Origin: Lama glama
Lineage: Eukaryota
Direction of reading: 5' to 3'
Length of the DNA stretch: 64,000 nt
Assembly (NCBI GenBank): GCA_028534125.1
Contig: CM052844.1
Location: 248,001 to 312,000 of the forward strand
A model generated the notes under the pieces. The model worked only from the letters and a program-made list of their open reading frames with translations, was not told the origin of the DNA and searched no databases. The translations under genes and the position numbers were made by a program. This document shows positions 25,850 through 38,000 of the stretch, piece by piece; position 1 is the stretch's first letter, and each line of letters starts with the position of its first letter.

Positions 25850-25988
25850 TGTCAGCTCTGGGCTCGGGATGTTTCAGCTCTGTTTGCCCTCAGAATATTC
25901 AAGGCTGGCACCTTGGGATGAAGATGAAAGCGACAAAAAATCGAAATACCAGCAAATATTTGGAAAAACTGTTCAAGTGCACTTGTAA
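25850..25988 (-). pseudogene. Pseudo-exon candidate (3' end approximate)
   Basis: tttgcattctctag| acceptor; frames give YKCT*TVFPNICWYFDFLSLSS or TSALEQFFQIFAG. Confidence 0.35.
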
Positions 25989-27179
25989 CTAGAGAATGCA
26001 AATTAAGAAGATGCCACTGTTCCTTGTGAAATGAGATGCTATGTTCCAACTGTCCAGTTGCCCTGTCCTGAAAACCTCTTTGAAGAAGAGAGTCGAGGAT
26101 GGAAACCCTGGGGTCTAAGCACGTTCACAGGAGAGAATAGTGAAAGATGGGAAATCCCCTCAGCGTCCGCCTCAGGCTGTCCCCAGGCCGACCCGTGGGT
26201 CAGGCGTGGACACAAGGTCAAGTCGTGGGCAGGACGAGAGACTGTGCGTCATGTGTCAATGGAGAACGTCTAAAGGTGTGTGAACCGGACGGGCTGGTTC
26301 AGATGCCCTGGGAACGGAAACGTGGGCCCCAGCGCCATGTCCCTTGTCTGCGGGCCTGAGTGATTTCAACTCTTCAGTGTTTTCCACAAAGAACTTGGGC
26401 AACATTCATAGCCATAAAAGGCGGGGAGTGAGCAATGCGTGGGGCCTGCCCTCAGCCGCAGGCAGTCCTCATGCCGGCTCCTGCGCTGTAACTGGAGAAC
26501 CTGCGGGTGCCCCAGGAGGGGTCTGTGCCGGGAAGGCCCAGCCATGCCCTGTAGGCCGGCTCTTACAATTCGGTGAAATACTGAGGATTGAAAGTGCTAT
26601 TTCTGACCACAGAACAACCGAGCAGAGGAAAGTCACAGAGAAAAACCTAATGTGTCCGCCTGACTCTCATAAGATGGGAAGAAGGAAGAAGACGAATTCT
26701 GGCAGAGAATCATGTGTGCAGTTGTGAATCAGACAAGGGAATTACTGGCTTGGCCAGAGCCCCCAGCCCCCGGAGTGCTGTTCAGCAGTGAACGATTTTC
26801 TGTTTTATTTCAGGAAGCTGCCTCTTACTGGGAGCACTTGTTACATAAAAGGAGGGCTGCTGGGACTTGAGACGCGCTAACCCACAGCTGGCCGGCTTGG
26901 GCCGGGAGCCCGGCTCCAGGGGGCCCTGAGCTGAGGCTCAAGGGCGTCACGGGGCCCAGGGTCCCGGTGCAGCCGTCCTCTCCGGTCTCTTCTCAGCAGG
27001 TGCTGCACGTGGGCCGAGGCCCCTTTGGCTCCAGAGAAAGTTCTGGCAACACTCCCAGGAGGGATCGGAATGGTTTAGCTCAGGCCCTGTGTCCATCACT
27101 GAACGGGTCCCTGTGTCCAGAGGCATGAACTCCCAGCAAGTCAGGCTGGGGTCGTGCAGTGGTGGAGCGTCAAGGCCTT

Positions 27180-27270
27180 GGTTCGCAGGGCTGAGTGACC
27201 AAAACTGTGCAGACATTGCCGAGTGTCCCCGGGGAGGGGCAGCAGAGTCACCAGGTGAGACCCGCTGCAG
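27180..27270 (+). mobile_element. MER20/MER3-like hAT DNA transposon fragment
   Basis: gaccaaaactgtgcagacattgccgagtgtccccgggg...gtgagacccgctgc resembles the MER20 3' end. Confidence 0.55.
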
Positions 27271-27503
27271 AGCACACTGTCCTCACCCCGTGTCCCTCAC
27301 CCCGTGTCTGCGAGGCTGTTGTAACGCCGAGACAGCTTCAGGTCACTCGGACTTCGCGCAGAGGTCGTCTGGGCCTGCTCTGGTTTTCAGGTGAGGGGAG
27401 TTTATTAATGTCTCAAATACAGTTTCGAGGAATAGAAAAAGCAAAACCGGTTTATTTTTATTATTTCAGGGCTGACAATTCATTGCCGTGAATGAAAATA
27501 GGG

Positions 27504-27570
27504 GACGGCCCCCAGCGCCCCCTCCTGACTGCTGACGGCCCCCAGCGCCCCCTCCTGACTGCTGACAGCC
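27504..27570 (+). repeat. 30-bp tandem duplication (2.2 copies)
   Basis: GACGGCCCCCAGCGCCCCCTCCTGACTGCT at 27504 and 27534. Confidence 0.93.
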
Positions 27571-30329
27571 TCCGGTAGTCCTCTGAAGCCTCAGACCTCA
27601 AAAATGAGAATAGTAAGAGCTAAAAATAGTGACGTTGCAGGTGACAAATGCAGCCTGTCCTCCCCTCTCCTGGGGCTGAGTGATTCCAGCTCCGTGACCA
27701 TTTTCCTCAAGCCGGGTCTGCCAGCACTTGACCCATCAGTGTGGCCGCAGGTTAAATGCCCCGAGGCCTGAGGGGTCAGAGCTGAGCCGCATTTGTCGCA
27801 GGAGCAGAGTCAGCCTGGGAGGGCGTGGAAGCAGTGCTGCGTGGTAGCTTCCCGCCCGCCACGTGTCTCCGAGGAAATTGTCGTCTCTCGGGGTGGAGGG
27901 GACACGCAGTGCCTGCTTGCTCATCCCTGTGAGACCAAGCCTGGCTGCCTGCCCCTTACCAGCAGGGGGCCTCCCACCCGGGGAGACTCATTCCCTGGGG
28001 GACTGGCGCCAGGTCCATGATGCAGACCCCCTGTCGTGTGCGTGGACTCTGCCCTCAGTGAGTTTCACCTTCTTGTAAAACAATTTATTCTCACTCATGC
28101 ATGAACTTTCCTCAAGTACCCTCTAGGTGCTAAGTCTGTGCCAGACGCTTGTGACGCAAAGAGCTTCTGTCCTTGTAGGGGAGCCACACCTATAAAGAGG
28201 CATCAGGTGCAACGTGCAGGCATTCAGGCCGTGGGGATGCACGCCCTTTGTCACATGCAGGTATCGGGTCAGTGACTCTCCTGGGGCTGGAGGGTAACAT
28301 GGCCCCACACCTGGGAGATCTGGCACCTGGCCAGACACCAAGTTCCTGCGGCGTGAGCGGATGGCGTTTGCATTTAGAAGCAGTGACGCAGTGGCAGCTT
28401 CAGTTCCCAGCTGTTCTGTGTGGGCAGGGCTGTGGCGGGAGGGAGGTTAGCTGGCTGGACACCCTCCCCTGGCTGGTCTCTTGTCCCCACCCTCAGGCTG
28501 CCTCACGCACAGTCTGCTGACTCTGCTCCGGCCTACTTTCCGAGGGCACCTTGCTCCGCACGTCCGCATCTTCCTGAGGATCCCTGATGATTCCCGACGG
28601 CTCTGACCCCTTGCTTCGCACTCTCCGGAAGCGCTGAGCGCTGTCCAGCATGGTGGCCCCTCTCCCAGCCTCTGCCCCAGTTTCGAGATGACAGCTCTCT
28701 GAGGAGCAAACCCTGGAGCGAGGCTCCTCCTGCCCTCTCTCCCTCCTGGCATCCAAGGAGACAGGCGTTAAAACCCTCACGGGATAGTGTTTGGACGCAG
28801 GCGTGTTGTTCGGGGTGACCCGGCCTTGCTTGGTGTCTTCAGGGCCTCCTCGAGGGCACGCGTGGTCGTGGGGCCTCCCCGGCCACTGCGTGCGTGTCAT
28901 CAAACTGGTCTCCATGGTGGTGGGTGGGCCAGGTTCCTCAGGTCCCAAAACTGAAATGCCCATTCCCTTGAGGGTGGGGTAGAATCCCTATGTGAACTCT
29001 GAGGTCTCTTAGCTCCGTGAACACGGCGAAACCAGTGACGCAGCATGTTCCCTCCCCTGCCCGTCCTCCCCTGCTCGGCCACAGTGGTCTGTGCAGACAC
29101 TCAGGCGCCCGTGGGGCCCTGGGGCTGCCCACCCGGCCTCCCCTCTCAGAGGCAGCGGGGGGCCCAGTCCACAGACCACAAAACCAAACAAAAACTACTG
29201 TTTTCTTCGCTGCCAGCCCAGAAAGCAGAGTTGCTAGAATGTTCTTAGCTGACAGTGGACACAGACTCAGCCCCATGCCCACTGGTGGGGCTGGGCTGTG
29301 GACGGAGCTGTGGCAGAGCCCTGATGCTCACGGGCCACACGTGCTGGATGCAGGGAGCAGGCAGGCGGGGCCCCGTGGTGGGGAGCAGAGCTGCACCCAC
29401 GGGAGGGGTCCAGCCCCGCCCCAGGGATACCCCCAGCAGAGGCACAGGGACATGTGGGCACTGGGCCTGGGGAGCCTCCCAGGCACACGTGCTCTGCCCC
29501 GCCGCCCCGCACAGATGCGGGAGTGACACGGCCGCGCTCCGAGGTCGGGGCCACGAAGGCCCTGAGTTTGGGGCCTCCCGCGTCTGCTATGTGCTTCCCG
29601 GCTGCCGTGTTCTCTGGGATAAAGCACAAGGCAGAGCGTGGCAGCTTCTGTGTACTCACGTCCAATCTGAGGGTGGTCTTCCATGCATGGTGTCTTCCGA
29701 GCTCTCAGCTGGGACACCCAGAGCTGGGGACCCCATCGGAGACAGAAAGGGCTCTGCTGGGCTGGTGTCCCGGCTGCTGGTCCCTGCCACATTTTATCCC
29801 ACCCTCTCCCTCTCATCCCAGCCCTCCCCATGGGGACACCTGCGGTGCACACCAGGGTGGGCCCTGTATTTGGGTGAAAAGTGAGAGGTGTCATTTCACA
29901 ACAGGACAGGACAGAGCCCAGTGGGCCCAGGGACAACTGGAGTGCGGTGCGCACGGCAGGAGGCCGTGTCTGCAGGGTGGAGCAGTGGGGGTGGGGGTAT
30001 TTCCAAGAATGCTCTGGGACCCTTGCAGAAAGGACGCACTGGGTGACTCAGATGCTGAGGTCACATCCCCTCCTGCAGCTCTGAGGACCGCAGCGCTGGT
30101 GCTCTGAGGGACATCGTCCCACGATGTCATCGGAGTGACATCACCATCCCACATGGCATCACAGGTGGACGGGGACGCCTGCGGACGAGCAGTGCTGCCT
30201 GGGGGGGCAAACTATCCTCCAGTTGGTCGCAGGCTGTTTTTACTGCCCTTAAACACCCCCCGCCCCTCCTCCCACCCACAGGGATGTGCTTTTCCCACTT
30301 GTTATCGGGGGTGGGAAGTGTAATTATCA

Positions 30330-30557
30330 GGTGAGGAATCGTAAGAAAAAATCTCCCTTGGTAACCAGCAAGGACGCTGGTTCTAAGTTTGCGTCGGGTA
30401 TAAAATTTCTTTGTTTGATGACAAGACACCAAGCGCAGGCAGGAAGCAGCTCTGGGGAAAGGCCACGCTATTTGAGAATGTTTTAAAGGCTTTCTTCTAA
30501 ATACTTCCACCGGCTCTCCCTGACTCCTTGGCCGGCTCCGGACCGAGTGGGTCTGTG
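30330..30557 (-). pseudogene. Pseudo-exon (3' end approximate)
   Basis: ggctgttag|...WKYLEESL*NILK*RGLSPELLPACAWCLVIKQRNFIPD; stops TAA/TAG are one step from CAA/CAG. Confidence 0.45.
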
Positions 30558-31099
30558 CTAACAGCCAAGTGAGTGACACCCTGGGGATACCTCGCTTCAT
30601 GTGAAGGCATGTGTGTAACGGCATGTGACCCACTCTGTGGAGAGGCGGGTGTGGAGTCCAAGCCCAGCTTGGGGCTCAGCCTGCAGCTCCCAGGTGTCAG
30701 ACGGAGCCCCAGGGTCCCCATTCACCCTGGCTGGCCAGCCCAGTCAGCTGTGGTGGGGATTCAGGTCAGCATGACAGGTGGAGAGACAGCGACGCGGGCC
30801 AAGTGGGGAGGGGGAGGATGGCCTGCTCCCACCCCCGCAGCCGGTGCCGCCCCAGCGTGCCTGAAAGCCGCGTTGTCCAACACACGACAGTGTTTTGGAA
30901 AGGGGGCCTTTCAGGAAGCGTTGCTTTGCTAAGGCTGACCCCGAACACTTCAGTGTGCACTCATTTATTCTCTCGAAGGTGGTTTTCAGGGACCCGCCCA
31001 GTGTGGGCACCGTGCCCCTTGCTGGGAGTGATTCAGCAGCTGAAAGACGGACTTCCCACCTCCAGGGGGTCTGCAGCATCGGGGACCACCCCATGGTTG

Positions 31100-31264
31100 A
31101 CCCCGTCCTTAGGTTAGCACGCAGTTCTGGAAACACCACCCAGGGAACGCTCTCAGCACTGCAGGGACTTGGAAGGCAGAGGCTGGAATTTGAATGGTTG
31201 CCCTGTTCACTTATTTTCCTATGTTTGCTGTGGAGTGACCGGAAAACTTCCCGTCCCTCAGCAC
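31100..31264 (-). pseudogene. Pseudo-exon (3' end approximate)
   Basis: Strong acceptor tttttggttctggtaacctctgttacgtag|VLRDGKFS...(shift) NSSLCLPSPCSAESVPWVVFPELR. Confidence 0.45.
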
Positions 31265-31739
31265 CTACGTAACAGAGGTTACCAGAACCAAAAATAAAAC
31301 GATGGTCCACAGCTTTCCAGACAGGTGCGGCTCAGCAAACGAGGGCTCTCCAGACGCCCTCAAACCACGCTCCCAGAGACTCCAAGACAGCCAAGCAATT
31401 AGAGAAACAGTTGCTGTCAGGAGAAAAAATGCCAAATGCTGCTAGCTTTAAAATTTTCCTTTTTGTCAAACTGGACTCGGGCCAAGTTATAAAACAGGAA
31501 ATTTCGATTTAGAAGGAGACGCACAGCCCACCGATTCTAGAGCAACACCAGGTCTCCTGGGAGGCAGGTGTGGTCATGAAGCACACACCGGGGAACGGGC
31601 CTGCCCCGCGCTCCGTCCAGGTACAACCTGTGTGTAACTGGGACCTTCTGGTGTCATCATCTTCGTTACAGTGGCAGATGTGCCCAGGGTCTGCACCCCT
31701 GATGAGATGCAGAGCTGGGTGGGGGCAGGCACTCTGCAC

Positions 31740-31830
31740 CCAGAGGCCCACGGAGTTCTCCTCGGAGGATAGCCGGTCCAGTTCTCCTTGGCTGAGGCTT
31801 CTGAGGCAGGGAAGGCTCATGGCCAGTTCC
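31740..31830 (-). pseudogene. Pseudo-exon candidate
   Basis: cctcctttag|g ELAMSLPCLRSLSQGELDRLSSEENSVGLW; weak donor. Confidence 0.35.
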
Positions 31831-32444
31831 CTAAAGGAGGTGGGGACCGTGAGGGGCCTTGGCCTCCCCAGCGAACGGCGCACATCTGGCTGGAGGCCTC
31901 TCTGCCCTGGGAGGGGGTGGAGCAGCAGCAGAGCCCGGGAAGATGCGAGTCAGCTTGGACCAGAGGCTGCCCGTGGGGAGAGGTCGCAGCGGAGGGCCCG
32001 GGACTCGAGGCGTGGGGCCCCCGGGCCAGGATGGAGCTGGTGGTCGTGGCGGGAGCCTGCGCTGTTCAGGTCCGCCGTGAGCTGTGTCCAGCCGGGTGGT
32101 GTTTGCTCGGCTCTGGAACCAGGACATTTGCTATTTGATAAACGCAGGCCAGGCTCTTGCCTGGTGGTGAGTGTGAGAAAGGCCAGCCGGTCGTGGCCGC
32201 CACGCAGCCTGGAGCTGCAGTCGCACACCGTGTGAGTGCACAGCTAAGGATCCCGGGGGCTCTGTTTCCAGAGGGGTTGCCCGTCAGTCTTGAGATTTGC
32301 TTAATCTGTGTGTGCAGGTGAGTGTGCTGGAAACAGCTGAAAATCTGTAATACATTGGTAAGAAGAAAGGCAAGCAGTTAGTCTAAGGAACCAGCAGCAT
32401 GATTCAGGGGAGTCACGGAAACTCTCTGGATCTTAAATGAGGGC

Positions 32445-32582
32445 CTGGGCTGCTCACAGTGTGGTCTGCACAGGCCTGCTGGAAGTGCCGGGCTTGGCCC
32501 CGCCCCAGACCATGGAACCGAATCTCTGTTCACGAGACCCCAGGCGATTCACCCGTGTGCAGCCAAGTTCCAGAGGCTTGGC
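32445..32582 (+). mobile_element. MER5A-like hAT-Charlie fossil
   Basis: ctcacagtgtggtc...gccccgccccagacc...gaatctctg...ccccaggcgattc...aagttccagagg. Confidence 0.6.
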
Positions 32583-32792
32583 CGCCCCACCTCCAAAGTC
32601 CGTCCAGCTCTGCATTTATTTGATTCTATGAAAAGAAGGGAGGCTCTGAAGGGGCTATAAAGGGACCAGCAGAGCAGAGAATCTCTCACCAAACAAGCAA
32701 CAGAGCAACGCTGATGAAGGATTTTGCTGTTTAATGTTCGTGCGGGGCAGACACAGGTGGGCTGTGCGGCTGTGCAGTTATTAAAAACCAAC

Positions 32793-33113
32793 CTTTGCGA
32801 GCTGACCGTGAACTGAACGCGTTACAGGACGAACCGCTCGGTGCCTGTCTGCCTGCGCTGTCTCTCGGGTCATCTGGGTCGTATCTTAAACTGGACCACG
32901 TGGGAAGATTTACAGTACGCAGTTGGCAGGGGCTGCAAACCAGCCCCAGTGGACCGTGGCCCGTTCTAGCACCAGGCATCTGTCCACGGCACCGCCGTTA
33001 GTGGCTCTGGAGGAGAACCCTGCTTCCAGCAAGAAGTGGTGACTCTGGGACCTGGTCCCAGACAGGGTCCTCCACCTCAGCTTCAGCTGGACATTTCCAG
33101 GCACGACCAGGCC
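32793..33113 (-). pseudogene. Pseudo-exon (321 nt, frameshifted)
   Basis: ttttcgtctaacag|GLVVPGNVQLK...; later frame GHGPLGLVCSPCQ...PTWSSLRYD; donor AAAG|gttggt. Confidence 0.45.
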
Positions 33114-33649
33114 CTGTTAGACGAAAAGGTCTTTCTGGAAAGGTGTCAGGAGTTTGCAGGGTCCCCGGGAGGTGGAGCTGGGCCACTGAGCAGGGCAGTG
33201 CCCGGCCATGGACAGGTCTGGCCTGAGCCCCATGCCAGCTGGCCACGCCAAGGTCACAAGTCACCACCTAGCCCCTCAGCTGCCCCAGAGGGTGGTGGAC
33301 CTCCTCCTTCAGGGCTGCCGGGCTCCCCCGCGAGAAGACAGGCATCTACGTGCCTCTGTGGGGCTGTGCAGCCCTGGGCCCCGTCCGCCACCATGCCTGA
33401 GCCTCTTGGGGGGTGACACGTCCCTCACAGGGCCCCTCTGGGCATCGATGCCCTAGTGCACTCCCTCACCTGGTGCTCCAGCGAGCCCCCCACCCCTGGG
33501 ACTGAGTCCAGCCCCACTGCAAGTGCCCCTCAGTCCTGTTCTGAGAACTGCCAGCTGGACCCTCAGATTCAACATTTATCACCAGATTCACAGTTAGTCC
33601 CAACACGAGGTCCCTCCTCAGCCCACCACCAAATGTCCAACCTGCGGCC

Positions 33650-33950
33650 CCCTTTCCCTTGCATCCGCCACCACCGAGTCGGCCGTGTGGTGTCTGTCCG
33701 AATCCCCCGTGAGAAGCCAAGGAGGAGAAGACCCGCCCCAGGCCGCCAGGAGCTGGTAGCCTGGAACCAGGGTCACCCCGGAGCGGGCGGGCCACGAGGG
33801 GTTAGGCTTGGCCACGTCCACAGGGGCTGCTCTGAGAGAATCATCCTCTGAGAGACGGGTCAGCTCCATGGCTGTGTGTCCTGTGCACCAAACAGACACC
33901 GTTAAACGTCTGAATGAGCAAGAAAGCGCCTTCTCCAGCGGCGGCTGCTG
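33650..33950 (-). pseudogene. Pseudo-exon with nucleotidyltransferase signature (boundaries approximate)
   Basis: WPARSGVTLVPGYQLLAAWGGSSPPWLLTGDSDRH in ORF 33618..33953. Confidence 0.55.
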
Positions 33951-34699
33951 CATGTAAAGCCTGAACTTTCAGCACTTCGAGAGGCTGAGACTTTTTAAGT
34001 GACTGACGAGGATCCTGGTACAGGACCCCCACCCCGAGTTAAGTGGCTCAGAAGACAGGGCCAGCAGGACGGCTCCCCAGCCGCACGCGGCCGGGAGCCC
34101 ACCATTGCCGGCAGCTCCAATTCACTGACGGACTGGAAGTCAGAGCCAGAAGCTTCTGCCCCTCAGTGGTGTCTGCAGCTCATTTCTCATCCTCGGCTGG
34201 AGCAGCCACCCGCCGCAGCGTCGCGGTGTCCTGAGCTCGGGCCCCGCCCCTGGCCCCAGCGCAGCAGGCCTCCTGGACCACCTCCGGGTCAGGACTCTGG
34301 TGCCCAGCGTGGCTGATCCAGCTGTGTTCTCGCCAGGCTGACTGCGTGTCCTTGGTAAAGACCCACCGCGGTTTCCTCTCCCCTGGGGCGCCTCTGATCT
34401 CCGAGTCTGGGCCCCACGCGTGGTGGACTTGACATCAGCTGTTTTCCTTGCCCTAAACGTCCCTTTCCTGCAGGGTGAGCACCTGCCCTTGGGGATCGCT
34501 TCTCTTCCCAGCAGACCGTATGTTTTCACTGGGAGCGGCCGCTGCATTGTACGTGGCAAAAGGACTTCGATGGGTTCAGGGGTGCGTGTGCTTCATGTGG
34601 AAGCCCCAGCCCAGGAAGCAGCTGGGGGTGAGACATGTGGGCTTGGGGTCTTTTTCCGTGGCTGGAGGAAGCTGGGATAGTGGGGAGGGAAGCAGAAAG

Positions 34700-34870
34700 G
34701 CAGACAGAACACCAGTAGCACTTGAGTACCTGGATTCAGCTGTTCCTGAAGCTGACCCTCACCTTCAATCTCTTAGCTTGGTCTTTCAGCACTTCCTCGA
34801 TGCTACGAGCTAACTAATCCCCACTTGCCTCAACTAGTTAAAGTTGTGTTTCAGTTGATAGCTCAGTGTC
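34700..34870 (+). mobile_element. MLT1-like (MaLR) LTR fragment
   Basis: cctggattcagctgttcctgaagc...agctaactaatcccc...agttaaagttgtgtttcagtt. Confidence 0.55.
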
Positions 34871-34949
34871 CTTCTTTTGGGCCCGACAGTGCCTGAGCAC
34901 GTGTGAGTCATTAGCCATTGATGTATTGTAATAAAACTACCCCTTCGTG

Positions 34950-35065
34950 CATCAAGGCTATCTCTCTAAAGGCAGAGCCTGCTCATCTTTATTCTGTAGC
35001 TCCTAGATTGGAGGCTGCCTCACAGCAGGGGTTCAACAGACATTCGTCAAACTAAGCTGAATGTG
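34950..35065 (+). mobile_element. LINE-2 3' end
   Basis: ctctctaaaggcagagcc...cacagcaggggttcaacagacattcgtcaaactaagctgaatg. Confidence 0.6.
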
Positions 35066-38000
35066 TGGAATTCTTGGCAGGCAGCTCCTTCCGCGTGTCC
35101 ACCCCTCCCGGGAAACAGACTGGGGACCAGCGTCCCCAGTGAGGAGAGGAGTCTGGCTTCACGTCACTGCGGGCTCCCAGCGTTCATCCCACTTAGACAG
35201 TGAAGAGCCCAGCCGCCCCTCCTCCCGGTGCGGAGCCCACCTTCCTGCAGGGGCCACGTGGGAAGGCCCCCGGCACTGGGCGCCCCGGGCCGCTGAGGAG
35301 GGTGCCCCGGCTGGTGGCGTCTCTGTGGAAGCCCCGTCAGCAGGCCGCCCCCTCCCCAGGACAGAGCAGCCCATCTGGCACCTGATCACGTGTTGGGCTG
35401 GGCCATCCTGGTTTTGACACCCTAGAACTGCCCCCATGCCCAGCCTGCCCTCTGACAGTCCTTCCTGCTCTGAGGACGGACTTGTCCCTACCTCGCCTTG
35501 GGGGTCGGTTGTCCTGGCCCCACAGGTCAGCACTGCTCCTCGGGGCCCTGAGGCCCAGAAGGGCAGCACTGCGGGGCCAGGGGCATGTTCAGCCAGGTGA
35601 GAGATCCTGCCCGCTGGGAGGCTGCCCCACCCGTCACCCGGCTCAGCCTCACCTGCTCACACAACACGTTCTAACACGGGTGTTAAAGAGCGTGTGGCTG
35701 AGCGAGCGGCCTTCCCACGCAGACAGCCCTGTGGTGGGCTCGGCCTACGGGCGTTGGAGGAATTTCTGACAAGAGTGCCAACCCTGCCTCATGCCCATTT
35801 TCAGGCCCACTTGTCCCCCCAACCCCTAACGTGCCAGTGGAATGACCAGAGGGTCCAATGAGGCCCCCTTCAGATTGTGGGGGAACTCGTACCGTGAGGC
35901 GGGGGCAGGAGCCCACTGGGCTCTGCGTGTGGGTGGGCCCGGGCACATATGTGTTTACAGCGCAGGAGATGCAAACAAAATTCAAGTTCATGCACATGTG
36001 GGCTTCATGTTTATACTTTTCCTGTTGCTGAAATGGAAATCTGCTGCTAAATGCGTTACGGCACATTTATATAACGAACCAGCTAATCGTGCTGTCTTCT
36101 GCATGCTTTGCATTTTCTCTCTTTAACACACTTCAGGTGACACTGATGCTGGTAAACAGTGGGCAGGGACCCCCGGCCGTCCCTCTGCAGGCAGGCGTCC
36201 TTTCCCCACGCACGCTGAGCGTCGACCACAGGCCGCCCCACCCAGGCTGCAGGATGTGAGCAGCGCTTCTGTCTGACCAGAACCCCACAAAGGTTGAGGT
36301 TAATTAGAGCCGCTCTCCCCACAAACCTCTTCCATGAGAAAACTCACGCTCTGCATCAAGGGGACGGGAAAGCCCCCCGGTCCCAGCGGGCGGCTGAGTG
36401 ACCACCAGTGGAAGCAAAGAAGAATCGTGGTTCAGGACACGAGTGAGTGGGCCCCACAGAGACCCAGACCTCTCCCAGGCCCGGGCCCTCGCCCGTCGAC
36501 TCCACGCTCGTGTCACACGTGTCCCTCGAAGTGTCGTCCTGCCCGTGGTTCTGCTGAGCTTCCCACACCTGGGGACTGTCACCAGGAGGTGAGCCTGCGG
36601 GTGGCGGCCAAGGCGAAGAGACATTAGGGCCATCTGGAGTCGAGGTCGGCCAAGGGGGAGGGAACCCACAAGAGAGGTCAGGACGGAGAAGCCTTCGAGG
36701 GGACTCGACCTCTGGGCTGTGGGCTGCACTGGCTTTTCTGTCTGTCATCACGCTGAGCACTTTTGTTTCCCCAGAACACGCCTTGAAGACAGGAGAGCGA
36801 AGACCCTTGTCACCAGGCGCTGGTCCAGCCCTGACGCCACCCCTGAGCCTCTCCTGGGAGCTTCAGGTCCCTCCTGTTACTCCTTTGATGATCTGATTTC
36901 CAGGGCCTGCTGCCGGCTGTGCAGGGGCCAGACTCCAAGGCTGCCGTGTCGGTCCTCCAGGAGGGGCGTCCACCAGGGCCGTGTCCACCCCCAGGGACAG
37001 GCTGTGTTCAGACCCTCACAAGCCTCGATCTCTTAGGCCCCAATTTTAATCCCCTCTTAATCTCACTAAATGCTTTCTGCCCATTTTAGTCTCCACCACG
37101 AGGAATGTGGGGGAGAAGCCGGGACCCCGGGCGCAGAAGCTCGATGACAACCAGGGTGGCTGCAGGTCTTGGAGCCTCCCCGGCGCACCTCTGAAACAGG
37201 TGGGAGCGTGGCAGATGGCCAGACCCTGGTGCTGACGCAGGCTGACCCCAGCCTTCTGAGACGCTGCCCGGTGAGGCCGCTGTCTCTGCCGGTTCTTGGG
37301 ACGCGCACGGCGGGGACAGAGTGCGAGGAAGCACAGTCGGTGAGATGTCCGGCCATGCACATCAGAAGGTCTGGGTCACGACACATAAGGACAGACTGAC
37401 GACCTGGAGGGACAAGGGGCCAGTCGCCCAAAGGCGGCACCCAGGGACAGAGAAAGGACGTCGGGGGGACATCATGTCTCCGAGGATGCGGGTGAGTCAG
37501 CAGGCTTTTCCTTCTCAGCTGGGCTCCTGGCGACAAGGAGCACCCCCCCACCCCCGATTTTAAACCTGAGACTTCACAGCCCAGACTCGCCCAGTGGGAC
37601 CGGCCCCGTGGGGGTCCTGGCGGGAGTCTTGTTTTCTTCCCGAGATGCTCCTTGTGGACCTGCAGGGACGTGGGTGCCGACGAGGCTGGGTCTGTTTTCT
37701 GTCCATTCATTAAGTGTGTGTTGTGACACCCTGAATGGAACTGTGTTTACCGCTTCCAAACATTGCCAAGGCGGCTTGTCAGGACGAACACCTGCTGTGC
37801 GGAGCGCTGGTCTCCCTGGGTTTGCATTTTCTCATCAAGCGACTTTTTCAGCAAGAGAAAACCTGATGCCGCACATCTTTCACTTGGTGCTGGAAGCACG
37901 TAGCAGGTTTCTTAAGCCAGTGATGTTTCAGCCTTACTATCACTGCTGTTGCTGTTCTGGTCACCTTATTTAGCGGGAACCCTTTCTTCGAGCTGGACCC

